A stretch of DNA of 64,000 bases from an uncultured Actinomycetota bacterium. GTDB taxonomy: Bacteria > Actinomycetota > Actinomycetes > Mycobacteriales > Micromonosporaceae. Position numbers and translations under genes: made by a program. Below are positions 1-10,071 of this stretch, piece after piece (within the stretch, counting starts at the first letter, position 1; the number at the start of each line of letters is the position of its first letter). The DNA lies in contig CAWDLN010000003.1 in assembly GCA_963803115.1 (NCBI GenBank), positions 372,304 to 436,303 on the forward strand, read 5' to 3'. The notes beneath the pieces are model-generated. The model saw only the letters and a list, made by a program, of their open reading frames with translations. It did not search any database and was not told where the DNA came from.

Positions 1-1066
1 TGGCGGGCCGGCGAAGGAAAGTTGGCCGTACGTCCGCGACAACGCCGGGCAGGGCCCGGAACGCGGTGCGGAACGAGTCGTTGCCGAGCATTGGCACGGC
101 CATCGCCAGGACGGAGAGCAACCCCTGGACGAACCCGCCATACATGGCCGTCATGGAAGTGAGCGGCAACCACAAGGCCAGGATGTGAGCGGCGCCGATG
201 TCGCGGAAGCGCTCCGGTCGGTCGACAGTGCGTAGGCCTTCGCGCAAGAGGGCCACTGCAGCCGCGGTCGTCACGAGGCAGATGAGGTACCAGAGGAACC
301 ACAGCCCGAAGCCGCCACGCACACCTAAGGGCGAGAGCACGGCGATCGCGGCGAGCGCTGCCTGCAACGACCAGGCCAACCCACGCAGGCGCGGCGGTAC
401 GGTCACCCCGTCACCGACGACTCGGGCGCCGAACGCGATGGCAGCGGTACGGGCGCCGCGCTCCGAGTCGTTGCCTAGGTCCCGCAGGCCCCCGTGCACC
501 GAGTTCACGATGACGACAAATCCAACCACGAACAGCGCCGCGAGGAGTGTCGCCGTGGTGGCACCGCCCGCTCGCACACCGCCGTACCAGACGAGGCAAG
601 CCCAGCCGGCGCCCTGCACCGTGTCTGCGATCAGCGGGATCGGGAGCCGTTTGCTGAAGGCGTCGTAGAACACGAGACATCCGTAGCCGAGGGCGAGGGC
701 GAACGTACCCACGGATCCGCTGCGTGGTCCGGACAGCCCGAACACCGCGAGATCGACCACAAAGCTGGCCGCGCCGATCCCGGCGACGACCAGACCCGCA
801 ATCGCCGGGCTCACTTGACCGGCGACCAACGGACTCTCGGCGCGGCTCGGATCGGTGCGATCCAGCTCGAGGTCGAACAGATCGTTGAGGGCGAACGCGA
901 CGATGTGAAACGCAAGGCCTACCAGGACCAGCCCGAGGAGGACCCCGAGCGTTAACGCCATCCGACCGGTCGCGTGCCCGGTGACCACACAGGACAGTCC
1001 GAGGCCTGCGGCGGTGAGCCGGCCAAACCGGGCGACCGCGCGCAGGAATCCGGTCAACCGACGCAT
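1..1066 (-). CDS. UbiA-family prenyltransferase (partial; C-terminus runs off window start)
   Basis: Minus-strand frame from ATG (comp 1064-1066): MRRLTGFLRAVARFGRLTAAGLGL...NDLFDLELDRTDP (NDxxDxxxD) and a second Asp-rich motif GGLRDLGNDSERG; multi-TM hydrophobic. Missing from the ORF track because there is no in-window stop. Confidence 0.6.
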   Translation of the reverse strand, partial: MRRLTGFLRAVARFGRLTAAGLGLSCVVTGHATGRMALTLGVLLGLVLVGLAFHIVAFALNDLFDLELDRTDPSRAESPLVAGQVSPAIAGLVVAGIGAASFVVDLAVFGLSGPRSGSVGTFALALGYGCLVFYDAFSKRLPIPLIADTVQGAGWACLVWYGGVRAGGATTATLLAALFVVGFVVIVNSVHGGLRDLGNDSERGARTAAIAFGARVVGDGVTVPPRLRGLAWSLQAALAAIAVLSPLGVRGGFGLWFLWYLICLVTTAAAVALLREGLRTVDRPERFRDIGAAHILALWLPLTSMTAMYGGFVQGLLSVLAMAVPMLGNDSFRTAFRALPGVVADVRPTFLRRPA

Positions 1067-1214
1067 GCACCCTGCCCCAGGTCGTTGCCGGGGACGCCCC
1101 CAGCCGGCCCGAAGCTAGCGAAACTCGGCCCGGATCGCAATGGCCGCCGGTGTCAACCGTTGCATCCGTTCGTAGGACCAGTTCGGGCTGCGCCAGCACC
1201 GTCCTTTATGGAGG

Positions 1215-2063
1215 CTAGTCGGGCTTGCGCGACACGTATATGGCGGTCCCAGGGAAGAGCGCTCCCCGCAGTGGGCTCCATTGGCCCCACAGCTCCGCGT
1301 GGCCTTCCGGCCACTCGGGCTCGAGTACGTCCTGGATCACGAACCCGGCCGCGACCAGGTCGCGGATGCGGTCACCGAGGGTGCGGTGGTGCTCGACGTA
1401 GACCGCCCGGTCCTGCGGATCGAACTCCACGTACGGGCGCCGGTCGAAATAGGAATGGGTGGCCACCAGGCCCTGAGGTCCGGGGTCGTCCAAGAAGATC
1501 CACCGCATGGGGTGGGTGGCCGAGAAGACCCATCGTCCGCCCGGGCGCAGCACTCGGAAGACCTCCCGCATCACGTGCGCCGAGTCGTCGATGAATGGAA
1601 CCGCGCCGAAGGCGGTGAACGCGACGTCGAACGCGCAGTCCCGCAGCGGCAGCGCCAGGGCGTCACACTGCAGCAGCGCCGGCCGTACGCCGGAAACCTC
1701 GGCCGCCGCCATCGCGTGCCGCAACATCCCCGCGGACAGATCGACCGCCACGACGTCGGCACCCTGGGTCACCAGCCAGCGGGCTGCCGCGGCCGCACCA
1801 CACCCGACCTCGAGAACTCGGGCGCCGGCCACCGGACCGAGGAGACGGACATCCACCTCGCGCAGGCCCTCCGGGCACCAGACGAAGTCGACGTCACCCA
1901 GGAACGCGCCGTGCTCTGCCTGGTAGTTGTCCGCGTCGATGTCCCACCAATGTCGCGACGCGCGCCTGTTGTCGTCGGTCGACAGGTGTTGCCGCGCGAC
2001 TGTTTCTCCCGCCCCCCGCCCTTCGGGCCCGCCCCCCGGGGTCGCGTCGGCATGGTCGTTCAC
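1215..2063 (-). CDS. class I SAM-dependent methyltransferase
   Basis: VLEVGCGAAAAARWL (motif I), Methyltransf_11-like; divergent from rpsA. Confidence 0.65.
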   Translation of the reverse strand: MNDHADATPGGGPEGRGAGETVARQHLSTDDNRRASRHWWDIDADNYQAEHGAFLGDVDFVWCPEGLREVDVRLLGPVAGARVLEVGCGAAAAARWLVTQGADVVAVDLSAGMLRHAMAAAEVSGVRPALLQCDALALPLRDCAFDVAFTAFGAVPFIDDSAHVMREVFRVLRPGGRWVFSATHPMRWIFLDDPGPQGLVATHSYFDRRPYVEFDPQDRAVYVEHHRTLGDRIRDLVAAGFVIQDVLEPEWPEGHAELWGQWSPLRGALFPGTAIYVSRKPD

Positions 2064-2364
2064 CGACTCAACCTACGCCCCGGTGATCTCGCCAGCCGCA
2101 GCCGTACCAGGGGCCGCGCAAGCCCGTCCGAATCGGCCGACCGGCACAGAACGGGCGGTAAGGATACCGGCAGGGTTGGACCGGTCGGTTCCGGGCAGAG
2201 TAAAGTGTTCGATGCACTCGTGGGCTGCGACCTCGGAAGGGAGCAGGTTCGCGGTCGTCACCCAAATCCCGGTAGATCATTTAGGCCGAGGTGTGTGTGG
2301 CGGCGGGCCTGCGGGAGCGGAGATCCAGCCATTACCCATCCAGTCCACCGGAGCAACTGCCCAC

Positions 2365-3843
2365 ATGACGAGCAGCATCGAGGCCACCTCGAGCGTCAAC
2401 AAGGTCGCAATCGACGACATCGGATCTGAGGAAGCACTCCTCGCCGCGATCGACGAGACCATCAAGTACTTCAATGACGGCGACATTGTCGAAGGCACGG
2501 TCGTCAAGGTCGATCGGGACGAGGTCCTGCTCGACATCGGCTATAAAACCGAGGGCGTCATCCCCTCGCGTGAATTGTCGATCAAGCATGACGTCGATCC
2601 GTCCGAGGTCGTCTCTGTCGGTGATCATGTCGAGGCCCTCGTTCTCCAGAAGGAGGACAAGGAAGGCCGCCTGATCCTCTCGAAGAAGCGAGCCCAGTAC
2701 GAACGCGCCTGGGGCACCATCGAGAAGATCAAGGAGGATGACGGCGTCGTCCGCGGCTCGGTCATCGAAGTGGTCAAGGGTGGGCTCATCATCGACATCG
2801 GGCTTCGCGGCTTCCTGCCGGCCTCGCTCGTGGAGATGCGCCGGGTGCGGGATCTGCAGCCGTACGTCGGTCGGGAGCTCGAAGCGAAGATCATCGAGTT
2901 GGACAAGAACCGCAACAACGTCGTGCTCTCGCGCCGCGCATACCTGGAGCAGACCCAGTCCGAGGTGCGCAGCGAGTTCCTGAACAAGCTCGGCAAGGGT
3001 CAGGTCCGCAAGGGCGTCGTCTCGAGCATCGTGAACTTCGGCGCCTTCGTGGACCTCGGCGGCGTCGACGGTTTGGTGCACGTGTCCGAGCTGTCCTGGA
3101 AGCACATCGACCACCCGTCCGAGGTGGTCGAGGTCGGCCAGGAGGTCGAGGTCGAGGTACTCGACGTCGACCTCGACCGCGAACGGGTTTCCTTGTCGCT
3201 GAAGGCGACGCAGGAGGACCCGTGGCGCCAGTTCGCCCGGACTCATGCGATCCAGCAGATCGTTCCGGGCAAGGTCACCAAGTTGGTACCGTTCGGCGCG
3301 TTCGTGCGAGTCGATGATGGTATCGAAGGCCTGGTGCACATCTCCGAGTTGGCCGAGCGCCACGTGGAGATTCCCGAGCAGGTCGTCCAGGTCGGCTCGG
3401 ACGTCATGGTCAAGGTCATCGACATCGACCTCGAGCGGCGGCGGATCTCGCTCTCGCTCAAGCAGGCGAACGAGGGCTTCGTCGAGGGCGAAGAACACTT
3501 CGACCCGACCCTGTACGGCATGGCCGCGACATACGACAGCGAGGGCAACTACGTCTACCCGGACGGCTTCGACCCGGAGACCGGCGAGTGGCTCGACGGC
3601 TACGACAAGCAGCGCGAGGAGTGGGAGAAGCAGTACGCCGAGGCGCGCCAGCGCTGGGAGGCACACACCAAGCAGGTGCAGACGGCGCGCGCCGTCGACA
3701 CCCCGGCCACACCCGCCACGGACGAGGCGCCACCCGCCGCTCCGGCGGCCGCGGCCAAGCCGGCGGAGCAGCCTCAGGGCACCCTCGCCACGGACGAGGC
3801 GCTCGCCGCTCTCAAGGAGAAGCTGGCCGGCGGCAAGTCCTGA
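2365..3843 (+). CDS. rpsA: 30S ribosomal protein S1
   Basis: MTSSIEATSSVNKVAIDDIGSEEALLAAIDETIKYFNDGDIVEGTVVKVDRDEVLLDIGYKTEGVIP..., four S1 repeats, near-identical to mycobacterial RpsA; GGAG 11 nt upstream of the ATG at 2365 (the longer ORF from 1927 is read-through). Confidence 0.95.
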   Translation: MTSSIEATSSVNKVAIDDIGSEEALLAAIDETIKYFNDGDIVEGTVVKVDRDEVLLDIGYKTEGVIPSRELSIKHDVDPSEVVSVGDHVEALVLQKEDKEGRLILSKKRAQYERAWGTIEKIKEDDGVVRGSVIEVVKGGLIIDIGLRGFLPASLVEMRRVRDLQPYVGRELEAKIIELDKNRNNVVLSRRAYLEQTQSEVRSEFLNKLGKGQVRKGVVSSIVNFGAFVDLGGVDGLVHVSELSWKHIDHPSEVVEVGQEVEVEVLDVDLDRERVSLSLKATQEDPWRQFARTHAIQQIVPGKVTKLVPFGAFVRVDDGIEGLVHISELAERHVEIPEQVVQVGSDVMVKVIDIDLERRRISLSLKQANEGFVEGEEHFDPTLYGMAATYDSEGNYVYPDGFDPETGEWLDGYDKQREEWEKQYAEARQRWEAHTKQVQTARAVDTPATPATDEAPPAAPAAAAKPAEQPQGTLATDEALAALKEKLAGGKS

Positions 3844-3858
3844 GTTGGTAGCACCAGG

Positions 3859-3900
3859 AAGGGCACCTTTCAATGCGCTGGCGCATTGAAAGGTGCCCTT
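3859..3900. terminator. perfect 20-bp-stem hairpin 16 nt after the rpsA stop (aagggcacctttcaatgcgc / gcgcattgaaaggtgccctt)
   Basis: Read directly; no U-tract follows; shares the AAGGTGCCCTT core with the hairpin at 20881-20941. Confidence 0.5.
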
Positions 3901-3958
3901 TCTCGCGGGGCCTGTCGGCCGACAGCTCAGCTTGATCTGCCAAACTCAGCGGGTGCTC

Positions 3959-4570
3959 ATGGTCGGACTCACTGGTGGGATCGGCTCCGGTAAAAGCGCT
4001 GTGGCTCGCCGCCTGGCGGAGCTCGGCGCCCTCGTCATCGATGCCGATGCACTGGCGCGCGACGTGGTGGCGCCCGGTACCGACGGGCTGGCCGAGGTCG
4101 TCGCGGCCTTTGGGCCGGGAGTGCTGGCCGCGGACGGAACGATGGACCGGACCAATGTGGCATCGATCGTTTTCGGCGACGACGAGAAGCGCCGGCGACT
4201 GGAGGCGATCATCCACCCCCGGGTCCGGGAGAGGTCGACCCGGATGATCGCGGCGGCCTCGCCCGACGCGGTGGTGGTCAACGACGTGCCGCTGTTGGTG
4301 GAGTCCGGCATGGCGAGTCACTTCGATCTCGTGATCGTGGTGCTCGCGAGCGAAGCGGTACGGCTGCGGCGCCTGGTCGAACAACGTGGCATGACCGAGG
4401 AGACGGTGCGGGCGCGGTTCGCGGCCCAGGCCACCGACGAGCAGCGGCGAGCGGTCGCCGACGTCGAAATCCTCAACGAGGGCACCCTCGACGAACTCAA
4501 CGCGACCGTTGACGCGGTGTGGCAGCAGGCGATCCGGCCGTTGCTGGATGGTTCGTCGATGGCCGGCTGA
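3959..4570 (+). CDS. coaE: dephospho-CoA kinase
   Basis: MVGLTGGIGSGKSAVARRLAELGALVIDADALARDVV (P-loop); single-domain form, 204 aa. Confidence 0.85.
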   Translation: MVGLTGGIGSGKSAVARRLAELGALVIDADALARDVVAPGTDGLAEVVAAFGPGVLAADGTMDRTNVASIVFGDDEKRRRLEAIIHPRVRERSTRMIAAASPDAVVVNDVPLLVESGMASHFDLVIVVLASEAVRLRRLVEQRGMTEETVRARFAAQATDEQRRAVADVEILNEGTLDELNATVDAVWQQAIRPLLDGSSMAG

Positions 4571-4873
4571 GCCACGGGCAGAAGGCGATCGGCCACAGGT
4601 CGACCGGGCAACGAGAGGGCCGCCCGCGAAGCCGGTGAGCGAGGTGCTCATCCGCTCGGGGAGCCGTTCGGCTGCGGACCCAAGCGCCGGGGTCGACCTC
4701 GCCGGTGTGGTGGCTTGGCCGGGACCGGTCGGCCGTCGCGGACGGCCTACGCCAACGACGTTAGCGCGCGCCAACGCCACGACACAATCGTAATCTTGCG
4801 TAAGCATCGACAACTCTGAGTGTTGATCGGCTCGCCCCCCGTTCTTGTCGGTCGGCCGGCGTAGGTTTGGGCC

Positions 4874-7018
4874 ATGAGCCTGGACATCCCGCGGCTGGAC
4901 GGCACGCTCGAGGTCGTCCACGACTACACGCCGTCGGGCGACCAACCGACGGCGATCGAGGAGTTGGCGGCCCGCGTTAAGCGCGGCGACAAGCATGTGG
5001 TGCTGCTCGGCGCGACCGGTACGGGCAAGAGCGCGACCACCGCTTGGCTCATCGAAAAGCTGCAACGCCCGACCCTCGTGCTCGCCCCGAACAAGACTCT
5101 GGCGGCCCAGTTGGCCAAGGAGTTCCGCGAGCTGATGCCCAACAACGCCGTGGAGTACTTCGTCTCGTACTACGACTACTACCAACCCGAGGCGTACATC
5201 CCGCAGACCGACACGTACATCGAGAAGGACTCGTCGATCAACGAGGAGGTGGAGCGGCTTCGGCATTCGGCGACGATGTCACTGCTGACTCGTCGCGACG
5301 TCATCGTCGTCGCCACGGTCTCCGCAATCTACGGACTCGGCACCCCGCAGGAGTATCTCGACCGCTCGGTCAAGCTCGCCATCGGCACCGAGGTCGAGCG
5401 GGACAAGCTGCTGCGGCGACTCGTCGATGTCCAGTACACGCGCAACGACATGGCCTTCAATCGAGGCACGTTCCGCGTCCGCGGCGACACGCTCGAAATC
5501 ATCCCGGCGTACGAGGAGCTCGCCGTACGGGTGGAGATGTTCGGCGACGAGGTGGAGAAGCTGTACTACCTGCACCCGCTCACCGGCGACGTGGTGCGCG
5601 AGGTCGACGAACTGTTGATCTTCCCGGCGACCCACTACACGGCTGGCCCGGAACGGATGGAGCGGGCGATCCGAGGGATCGAGGCCGAGCTCGAGGCGCG
5701 CTTGGCCGAGTTGGACCGTCAGGGCAAGCTCCTCGAGGCGCAGCGGCTGCGGATGCGGACCACGTACGACGTCGAGATGATGCGACAGGTCGGGTTCTGC
5801 TCCGGCATCGAGAACTACTCGATGCACATCGACGGCCGCGAACCGGGCAGTCCGCCACACTGCCTGCTCGACTACTTCCCGGATGACTTCCTCACCGTCA
5901 TCGATGAGTCGCACGTGACCGTGCCGCAGATCGGCGGCATGTACGAGGGCGACGCGTCCCGCAAGCGCACCCTGATCGAGCACGGGTTCCGGCTGCCGTC
6001 GGCGGCTGACAACCGTCCATTGCGTTTCGACGAGTTCGAGGAGCGCGTGGGCCAGACCGTTTATCTGTCGGCGACCCCTGGCCCGTGGGAGCTGGGCAAG
6101 ACCAAGAAACAGGTCGTCGAGCAGGTGATCCGACCGACCGGATTGGTCGACCCGGAGGTCGTCGTCAAGCCAACTAAGGGACAGATCGACGATCTGATGC
6201 ACGAGATCCGCACCCGATCCGAGCGTAACGAGCGCGTGCTGGTGACCACGCTGACGAAGAAAATGGCGGAGGACCTCACCGACTATCTGCTCGAGCACGG
6301 CATTCGGGTGCGGTACCTTCACTCCGAAGTGGACACTCTGCGTCGGGTGGAGCTCCTCCGGGAGCTGCGACGGGGCGACTACGACGTGCTCGTCGGGATC
6401 AACCTGCTCCGCGAGGGCCTGGACCTGCCCGAGGTCTCCCTGGTGTCCATTCTGGACGCCGACAAGGAGGGCTTCCTGCGCTCCGGGACCTCACTCGTGC
6501 AAACCATCGGGCGTGCGGCCCGGCACGTCTCGGGCCAGGTGCACATGTACGCCGACAAGGTCACCCCGTCGATGGCGGCCGCGATCGACGAGACCAACCG
6601 GCGCCGGGCCAAGCAGGTGGCCTATAACGTGGCCAATGGGGTCGACCCGCAGCCGCTGCGCAAGAAGATGGGCGACATTCTCGACGACATCTACCGCGCG
6701 GCCGACGAGGCCGAGGCGTTGGTCGGCGGCGTGCTCGGCGGCCACGGCCCGGGCGGTGCCATCGTCGGCGGCAGCGGCCGGCAGATGTCACGTGGCAAGG
6801 CACCGGTGAAGGAGACCCGCAGTCGGGCATCGAAGGCGATCACCGCGCCCACCGAGGGCATGGCCCGCGCCGAGCTGGCCAAGCTCATCAGCGACCTGAC
6901 GGACCAGATGCTCGGCGCCGCCCGGGAGCTGCAATTCGAGCTGGCCGCCCGAATCCGGGACGAGATAGCGGAGCTCAAGAAGGAGATCCGCCAAATGGAC
7001 GTCGCCGGCGCCCGCTGA
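4874..7018 (+). CDS. uvrB: excinuclease ABC subunit B
   Basis: 714 aa, near-colinear with mycobacterial UvrB ([35 protein letters not shown] ... [23 protein letters not shown]). Confidence 0.95.
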   Translation: MSLDIPRLDGTLEVVHDYTPSGDQPTAIEELAARVKRGDKHVVLLGATGTGKSATTAWLIEKLQRPTLVLAPNKTLAAQLAKEFRELMPNNAVEYFVSYYDYYQPEAYIPQTDTYIEKDSSINEEVERLRHSATMSLLTRRDVIVVATVSAIYGLGTPQEYLDRSVKLAIGTEVERDKLLRRLVDVQYTRNDMAFNRGTFRVRGDTLEIIPAYEELAVRVEMFGDEVEKLYYLHPLTGDVVREVDELLIFPATHYTAGPERMERAIRGIEAELEARLAELDRQGKLLEAQRLRMRTTYDVEMMRQVGFCSGIENYSMHIDGREPGSPPHCLLDYFPDDFLTVIDESHVTVPQIGGMYEGDASRKRTLIEHGFRLPSAADNRPLRFDEFEERVGQTVYLSATPGPWELGKTKKQVVEQVIRPTGLVDPEVVVKPTKGQIDDLMHEIRTRSERNERVLVTTLTKKMAEDLTDYLLEHGIRVRYLHSEVDTLRRVELLRELRRGDYDVLVGINLLREGLDLPEVSLVSILDADKEGFLRSGTSLVQTIGRAARHVSGQVHMYADKVTPSMAAAIDETNRRRAKQVAYNVANGVDPQPLRKKMGDILDDIYRAADEAEALVGGVLGGHGPGGAIVGGSGRQMSRGKAPVKETRSRASKAITAPTEGMARAELAKLISDLTDQMLGAARELQFELAARIRDEIAELKKEIRQMDVAGAR

Positions 7019-7026
7019 ACCCTGCG

Positions 7027-7085
7027 CCGATCTTGGAGAAATGCGCATGGTTCGATCTCCGTTCACGCGCTTTCTTCCAAGGTCG
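7027..7085. repeat. 58-bp imperfect palindromic repeat, copy A (CGATCTTGGAGAAATGCGCATGG...TCACGCGCTTTCTTCCAAGGTCG)
   Basis: Starts 9 nt after the uvrB stop; arms CTTGGAGAAATGCGC / GCGC(T/A)TTCTTCCAAG pair; copies B (39936) and C (57854) are homologous. Confidence 0.6.
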
Positions 7086-7122
7086 GCGGGGCGTGCAGCC
7101 ATCGCGGGGACTCGGCGACGGG

Positions 7123-7171
7123 GCGAGGCGGCGATGGCGAGGCGGCGATGGCGAGGCGGCGATGGCGAGGG
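7123..7171. repeat. tandem 14-bp repeat (ggcgaggcggcgat x ~3.5)
   Basis: Read directly in the uvrB / epimerase convergent spacer. Confidence 0.6.
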
Positions 7172-7195
7172 CTGGCGGCGGTCGTGAGGTCTCGG

Positions 7196-8164
7196 TCAGC
7201 CGGCGGCGGAAAGGGCGTCGTCGTCGGCGGTGAAGTCGATGCTGGCATCGGCGGGCGCGTGGGCTAGGTGCCAGGCGACTGACCGGGCGAGACCGGCAGC
7301 GGGGTCCGGTCGCCAGTCCAGCAGCCGCCGCGCCTTGTACGCGTCGAAGACGACATGCTGGTCGATCCGTTTCGTCATCCACATGTCCTCGGGCACGGTC
7401 GACTCCGGCACGATCACAAGTTCCGCCTCGTGTCCCGCAACGCCGAGGATCTCGGTGGCCCACCCGCGCATGCTGCGGATCGCGGGTTCACCGATGTTGA
7501 GCACCTCACCCCGCACCCGAGGGTTGCCCAAGCAGGCGAGGACGGCGGCGGACACATCGCCGACGTACGCCCGCGACCACAGCCAGGTCCCGGTACCGAT
7601 GGGGATCCGGGTCCGGCCGGCCCGGACCCGGCGCAGGATGAACTCCTCACGCCGCTGGTGATCGTGCTCACCGTAGATCATCGCCAGCCGGAGCACGGCG
7701 GCACCACGCTCCAGATAGGACGGTTCCACGTCGAGCTTGTCGTAGTCGTCGGGCCGGACCCCACGGTCGCGGTATGGATACCGCACCTCGCGCAGGCGGG
7801 AGTCCTCGTTCAAGGGGACGGGCTCGCTCTCCCGGCCGCCAACCAGGACACAGTAGAACGCCTCGTAAACATCCATACTGGACAGGAGCACGAGCTCTGC
7901 GTCGGGCAGGTGGGGCAAAACAGCGTCCACATCGGAGCGTCTCATCGCAAGGCTGTCCACGATGGCGTCCGGGGCGAACCGGGCAACCTCGGTCGCCACC
8001 GTCGCGAATGCGGCCCGGTCCACATGTAAGTGCCGACACGGGGGCAGGTCCGGAGGCTCGGTCTCGCCCCGGTGCACGACAAGCACCTCATCACCACGCG
8101 CCACGAGGTCGGCCACGATCCGCCGCCCGATAAACCTGGTACCGCCGATGACCACAACCCGCAT
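7196..8164 (-). CDS. NAD-dependent epimerase/dehydratase family protein
   Basis: MRVVVIGGTRFIGRRIVADLVARGDEVLVV (Rossmann GxxGxxG); the ORF to 8446 is upstream read-through. Confidence 0.7.
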   Translation of the reverse strand: MRVVVIGGTRFIGRRIVADLVARGDEVLVVHRGETEPPDLPPCRHLHVDRAAFATVATEVARFAPDAIVDSLAMRRSDVDAVLPHLPDAELVLLSSMDVYEAFYCVLVGGRESEPVPLNEDSRLREVRYPYRDRGVRPDDYDKLDVEPSYLERGAAVLRLAMIYGEHDHQRREEFILRRVRAGRTRIPIGTGTWLWSRAYVGDVSAAVLACLGNPRVRGEVLNIGEPAIRSMRGWATEILGVAGHEAELVIVPESTVPEDMWMTKRIDQHVVFDAYKARRLLDWRPDPAAGLARSVAWHLAHAPADASIDFTADDDALSAAG

Positions 8165-8272
8165 CGGCAAAGCCCACCAAGCGGCGGCCACCGGCGGCAA
8201 GCCCCGTTCGCGCCAAGCGGAACCGGCCCGGAGCCCGGAGGTGGCGGCCTCACGCGTGGCACAATCGCCGGC

Positions 8273-9028
8273 ATGGCTGACCTGTCTGTGGGCGAGTACA
8301 TCGTGGCGATCCAGCGCGAGGGCGACCTGATGGCCGCCGCGATTGCTCGGGGCGATCTCGACGCGACCGTGCCGACATGCCCCGACTGGACGCTGCGGGA
8401 GCTTGCCCATCATCTGGGGCGCGTGCACCACTGGGCCGCCGCGCACGTGGAGAAGGCGCGACCGGAGCCGCTGTCGAACGAGGAGTCGCAGGCGGAGTGG
8501 GGTGAGATGCCGGCCGACGCCGACGTTGTGGACTGGTATCGCGCGGCCAATGCCCGACTGGTCGCGACACTGCGCGCGGCGGGGACGGATGTGCAGTGCT
8601 GGTCGTTTCTGCCCGCACCGTCACCGTTGGCCTTCTGGGCGCGGCGGCAGTCTCACGAGACCGCGATCCACCGGGCTGACGCGCAGGTCACCTCGGGCTT
8701 GATCGATCCGGTACCGGTGGACTTCGCCGTCGATGGTATCGACGAACTGCTGACCGGCTTCTACGGCCGGCCCGGTCGGAGGCTCCGGAGCGAGAAACCG
8801 TACACCCTCGGTGTGCGTGCCGGCGGCTCGAATTGGCTCGTCCACATTGGACCGGAAGGGCCACGGGCGGAACGAGGCGAGGGCGCGGCCGACTGCGCGG
8901 TCAGCGGTGAGCCGAGCCAGGTCTACTTCGCGCTCTGGAACCGCGGCCGGTTGACGGATCTGGATGTCACGGGTGATGGCGCCGTGCTGGATCTGTGGGC
9001 GGGGAAGGCTACCGTGCGTTGGTCGTGA
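8273..9028 (+). CDS. maleylpyruvate isomerase family mycothiol-dependent enzyme (DinB_2/MDMPI_N)
   Basis: MADLSVGEYIVAIQREGDLMAAAIARGDLDATVPTCPDWTLRELAHHLGRVHHWAAAHV, typical TIGR03083 N-terminus. Confidence 0.7.
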   Translation: MADLSVGEYIVAIQREGDLMAAAIARGDLDATVPTCPDWTLRELAHHLGRVHHWAAAHVEKARPEPLSNEESQAEWGEMPADADVVDWYRAANARLVATLRAAGTDVQCWSFLPAPSPLAFWARRQSHETAIHRADAQVTSGLIDPVPVDFAVDGIDELLTGFYGRPGRRLRSEKPYTLGVRAGGSNWLVHIGPEGPRAERGEGAADCAVSGEPSQVYFALWNRGRLTDLDVTGDGAVLDLWAGKATVRWS

Positions 9029-9749
9029 TCCAGTCCGCGATCCGACGCAACAGCTCCGGCTTCGCCGCGTTCTCCGCGTGGCCGAACCCGGATTCCAACC
9101 ACAGCTCCTTCGGCTCGCCGGCCGCCGCGAAGAGGTGCTCGGCGTGCTCGACCGGAAAGTAATGGTCGGCATCGCCGTGGACCACGAGCAGTGGAACCGG
9201 GGCGATGTGCGCCGCGAGCTCGTGCGGCGGTGCCGGCACCGGGTCCCAGCCAGCGGCGGAGATCCGGGTGCGTAGCGCCATCCGGCCAACGAGACGGCCG
9301 ACCGGGCGTTCGATGACCCAATGGGCCCGGCGCATGGCCGGTGTGCCGCGGTAGTACCACCGGCTCGGGCCGCTGACGGCTACCACCGCCGCCAGTCCAG
9401 CGTCCGGATCATGAGCATGTAGACCCGCGTGGCGGACGACCACCGACGCCCCCATCGAGAACCCGACGGTCGCGACCCGTTCGTAGCCGAGCTGTCGCGC
9501 CCAGTCGACGGCCGCCTCGAGGTCGAGTACCTCGAGGTCGCCAACGGTGCTGACTCCACCCGAGCGCCCATGGCCCCGAAAGTCGAAGCTCACCACCCCC
9601 GCGACTCGGCCGAACTCCGCCGCGACCCGCCGCATCGGCGGCCGTCGCCACGAACCGGTGAAGCCGTGGGCCACGACGATTGCGAGCTTCGATGGACCCG
9701 GATCGTGGTAGGCGTCGATCGGGACGCCGTCGGCGGCGAAGATTTCCAT
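9009..9749 (-). CDS. alpha/beta hydrolase
   Basis: MEIFAADGVPIDAYHD...VGFSMGASVV (GxSxG) ...HGDADHYFP; its start overlaps the ABM stop as TGATG (translational coupling). Confidence 0.7.
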   Translation of the reverse strand: MEIFAADGVPIDAYHDPGPSKLAIVVAHGFTGSWRRPPMRRVAAEFGRVAGVVSFDFRGHGRSGGVSTVGDLEVLDLEAAVDWARQLGYERVATVGFSMGASVVVRHAGLHAHDPDAGLAAVVAVSGPSRWYYRGTPAMRRAHWVIERPVGRLVGRMALRTRISAAGWDPVPAPPHELAAHIAPVPLLVVHGDADHYFPVEHAEHLFAAAGEPKELWLESGFGHAENAAKPELLRRIADWITTNAR

Positions 9750-10042
9750 CAGGCCGGCACGTCGGTGAAGTGCTCGACCCGCGGTGGCTCGGCAAAGTAC
9801 GGTCCGATGTGCCCGCGCCACTGGGTGAACCGGTCGGTGTTGCGGAAGTTCTCGACATGCGCGTCGACCGAGTCCCACTCGACCAGCAGCACGAACCGCG
9901 ATGGCGACTCGATGCCGCGGGTCATCCGGACCGCACGGCAGCCCGGCGTGGTGACGAGCACCGAGCGGGCGGTGAGGTATGCAGCGGCGAAGTCGTCCTC
10001 CTGGCCGGAACGGACGTCGATCAGGGCAACCTCGAGAACCAT
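9749..10042 (-). CDS. antibiotic biosynthesis monooxygenase (ABM) domain protein
   Basis: MVLEVALIDVRSGQEDDFAAAYLTARSVLVTTPGCRAVRMTRGIESPSRFVLLVEWDSVDAHVENFR, 98 aa; the 364-aa track ORF is upstream read-through. Confidence 0.65.
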   Translation of the reverse strand: MVLEVALIDVRSGQEDDFAAAYLTARSVLVTTPGCRAVRMTRGIESPSRFVLLVEWDSVDAHVENFRNTDRFTQWRGHIGPYFAEPPRVEHFTDVPA

Positions 10043-10071
10043 GCCGGAAGAGTACTGATCACCGGCGCGGG

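Noticed and set aside
411-1199. 262-aa minus-strand ORF at the window start.
   Set aside because: A different minus-strand frame encodes a coherent UbiA-type prenyltransferase with the NDxxDxxxD motif and TM helices; the listed ORF is a low-complexity shadow frame.
2332-3873. Long antisense ORFs opposite rpsA (513 aa). Similar ones lie opposite uvrB (3812-5266, 5279-6322), the ligase (38364-40337) and uvrA (54557-57262, 901 aa).
   Set aside because: Typical high-GC artefacts: Arg/Ala/Pro/Gly-rich, low third-position GC, and they exactly shadow well-supported conserved genes on the other strand.
4800-4873. Possible LexA/SOS box upstream of uvrB (CGACAAC...GTTGATCG).
   Set aside because: Does not match TCGAAC-N4-GTTCGA or GAAC-N4-GTTC; only a 4-nt inverted repeat.
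7049-7060. GGTTCGATCTCC resembling a tRNA T-arm (GGTTCGAATCC).
   Set aside because: It is the loop region of palindromic repeat copy A; copies B and C differ there, and no acceptor/anticodon arms flank it.
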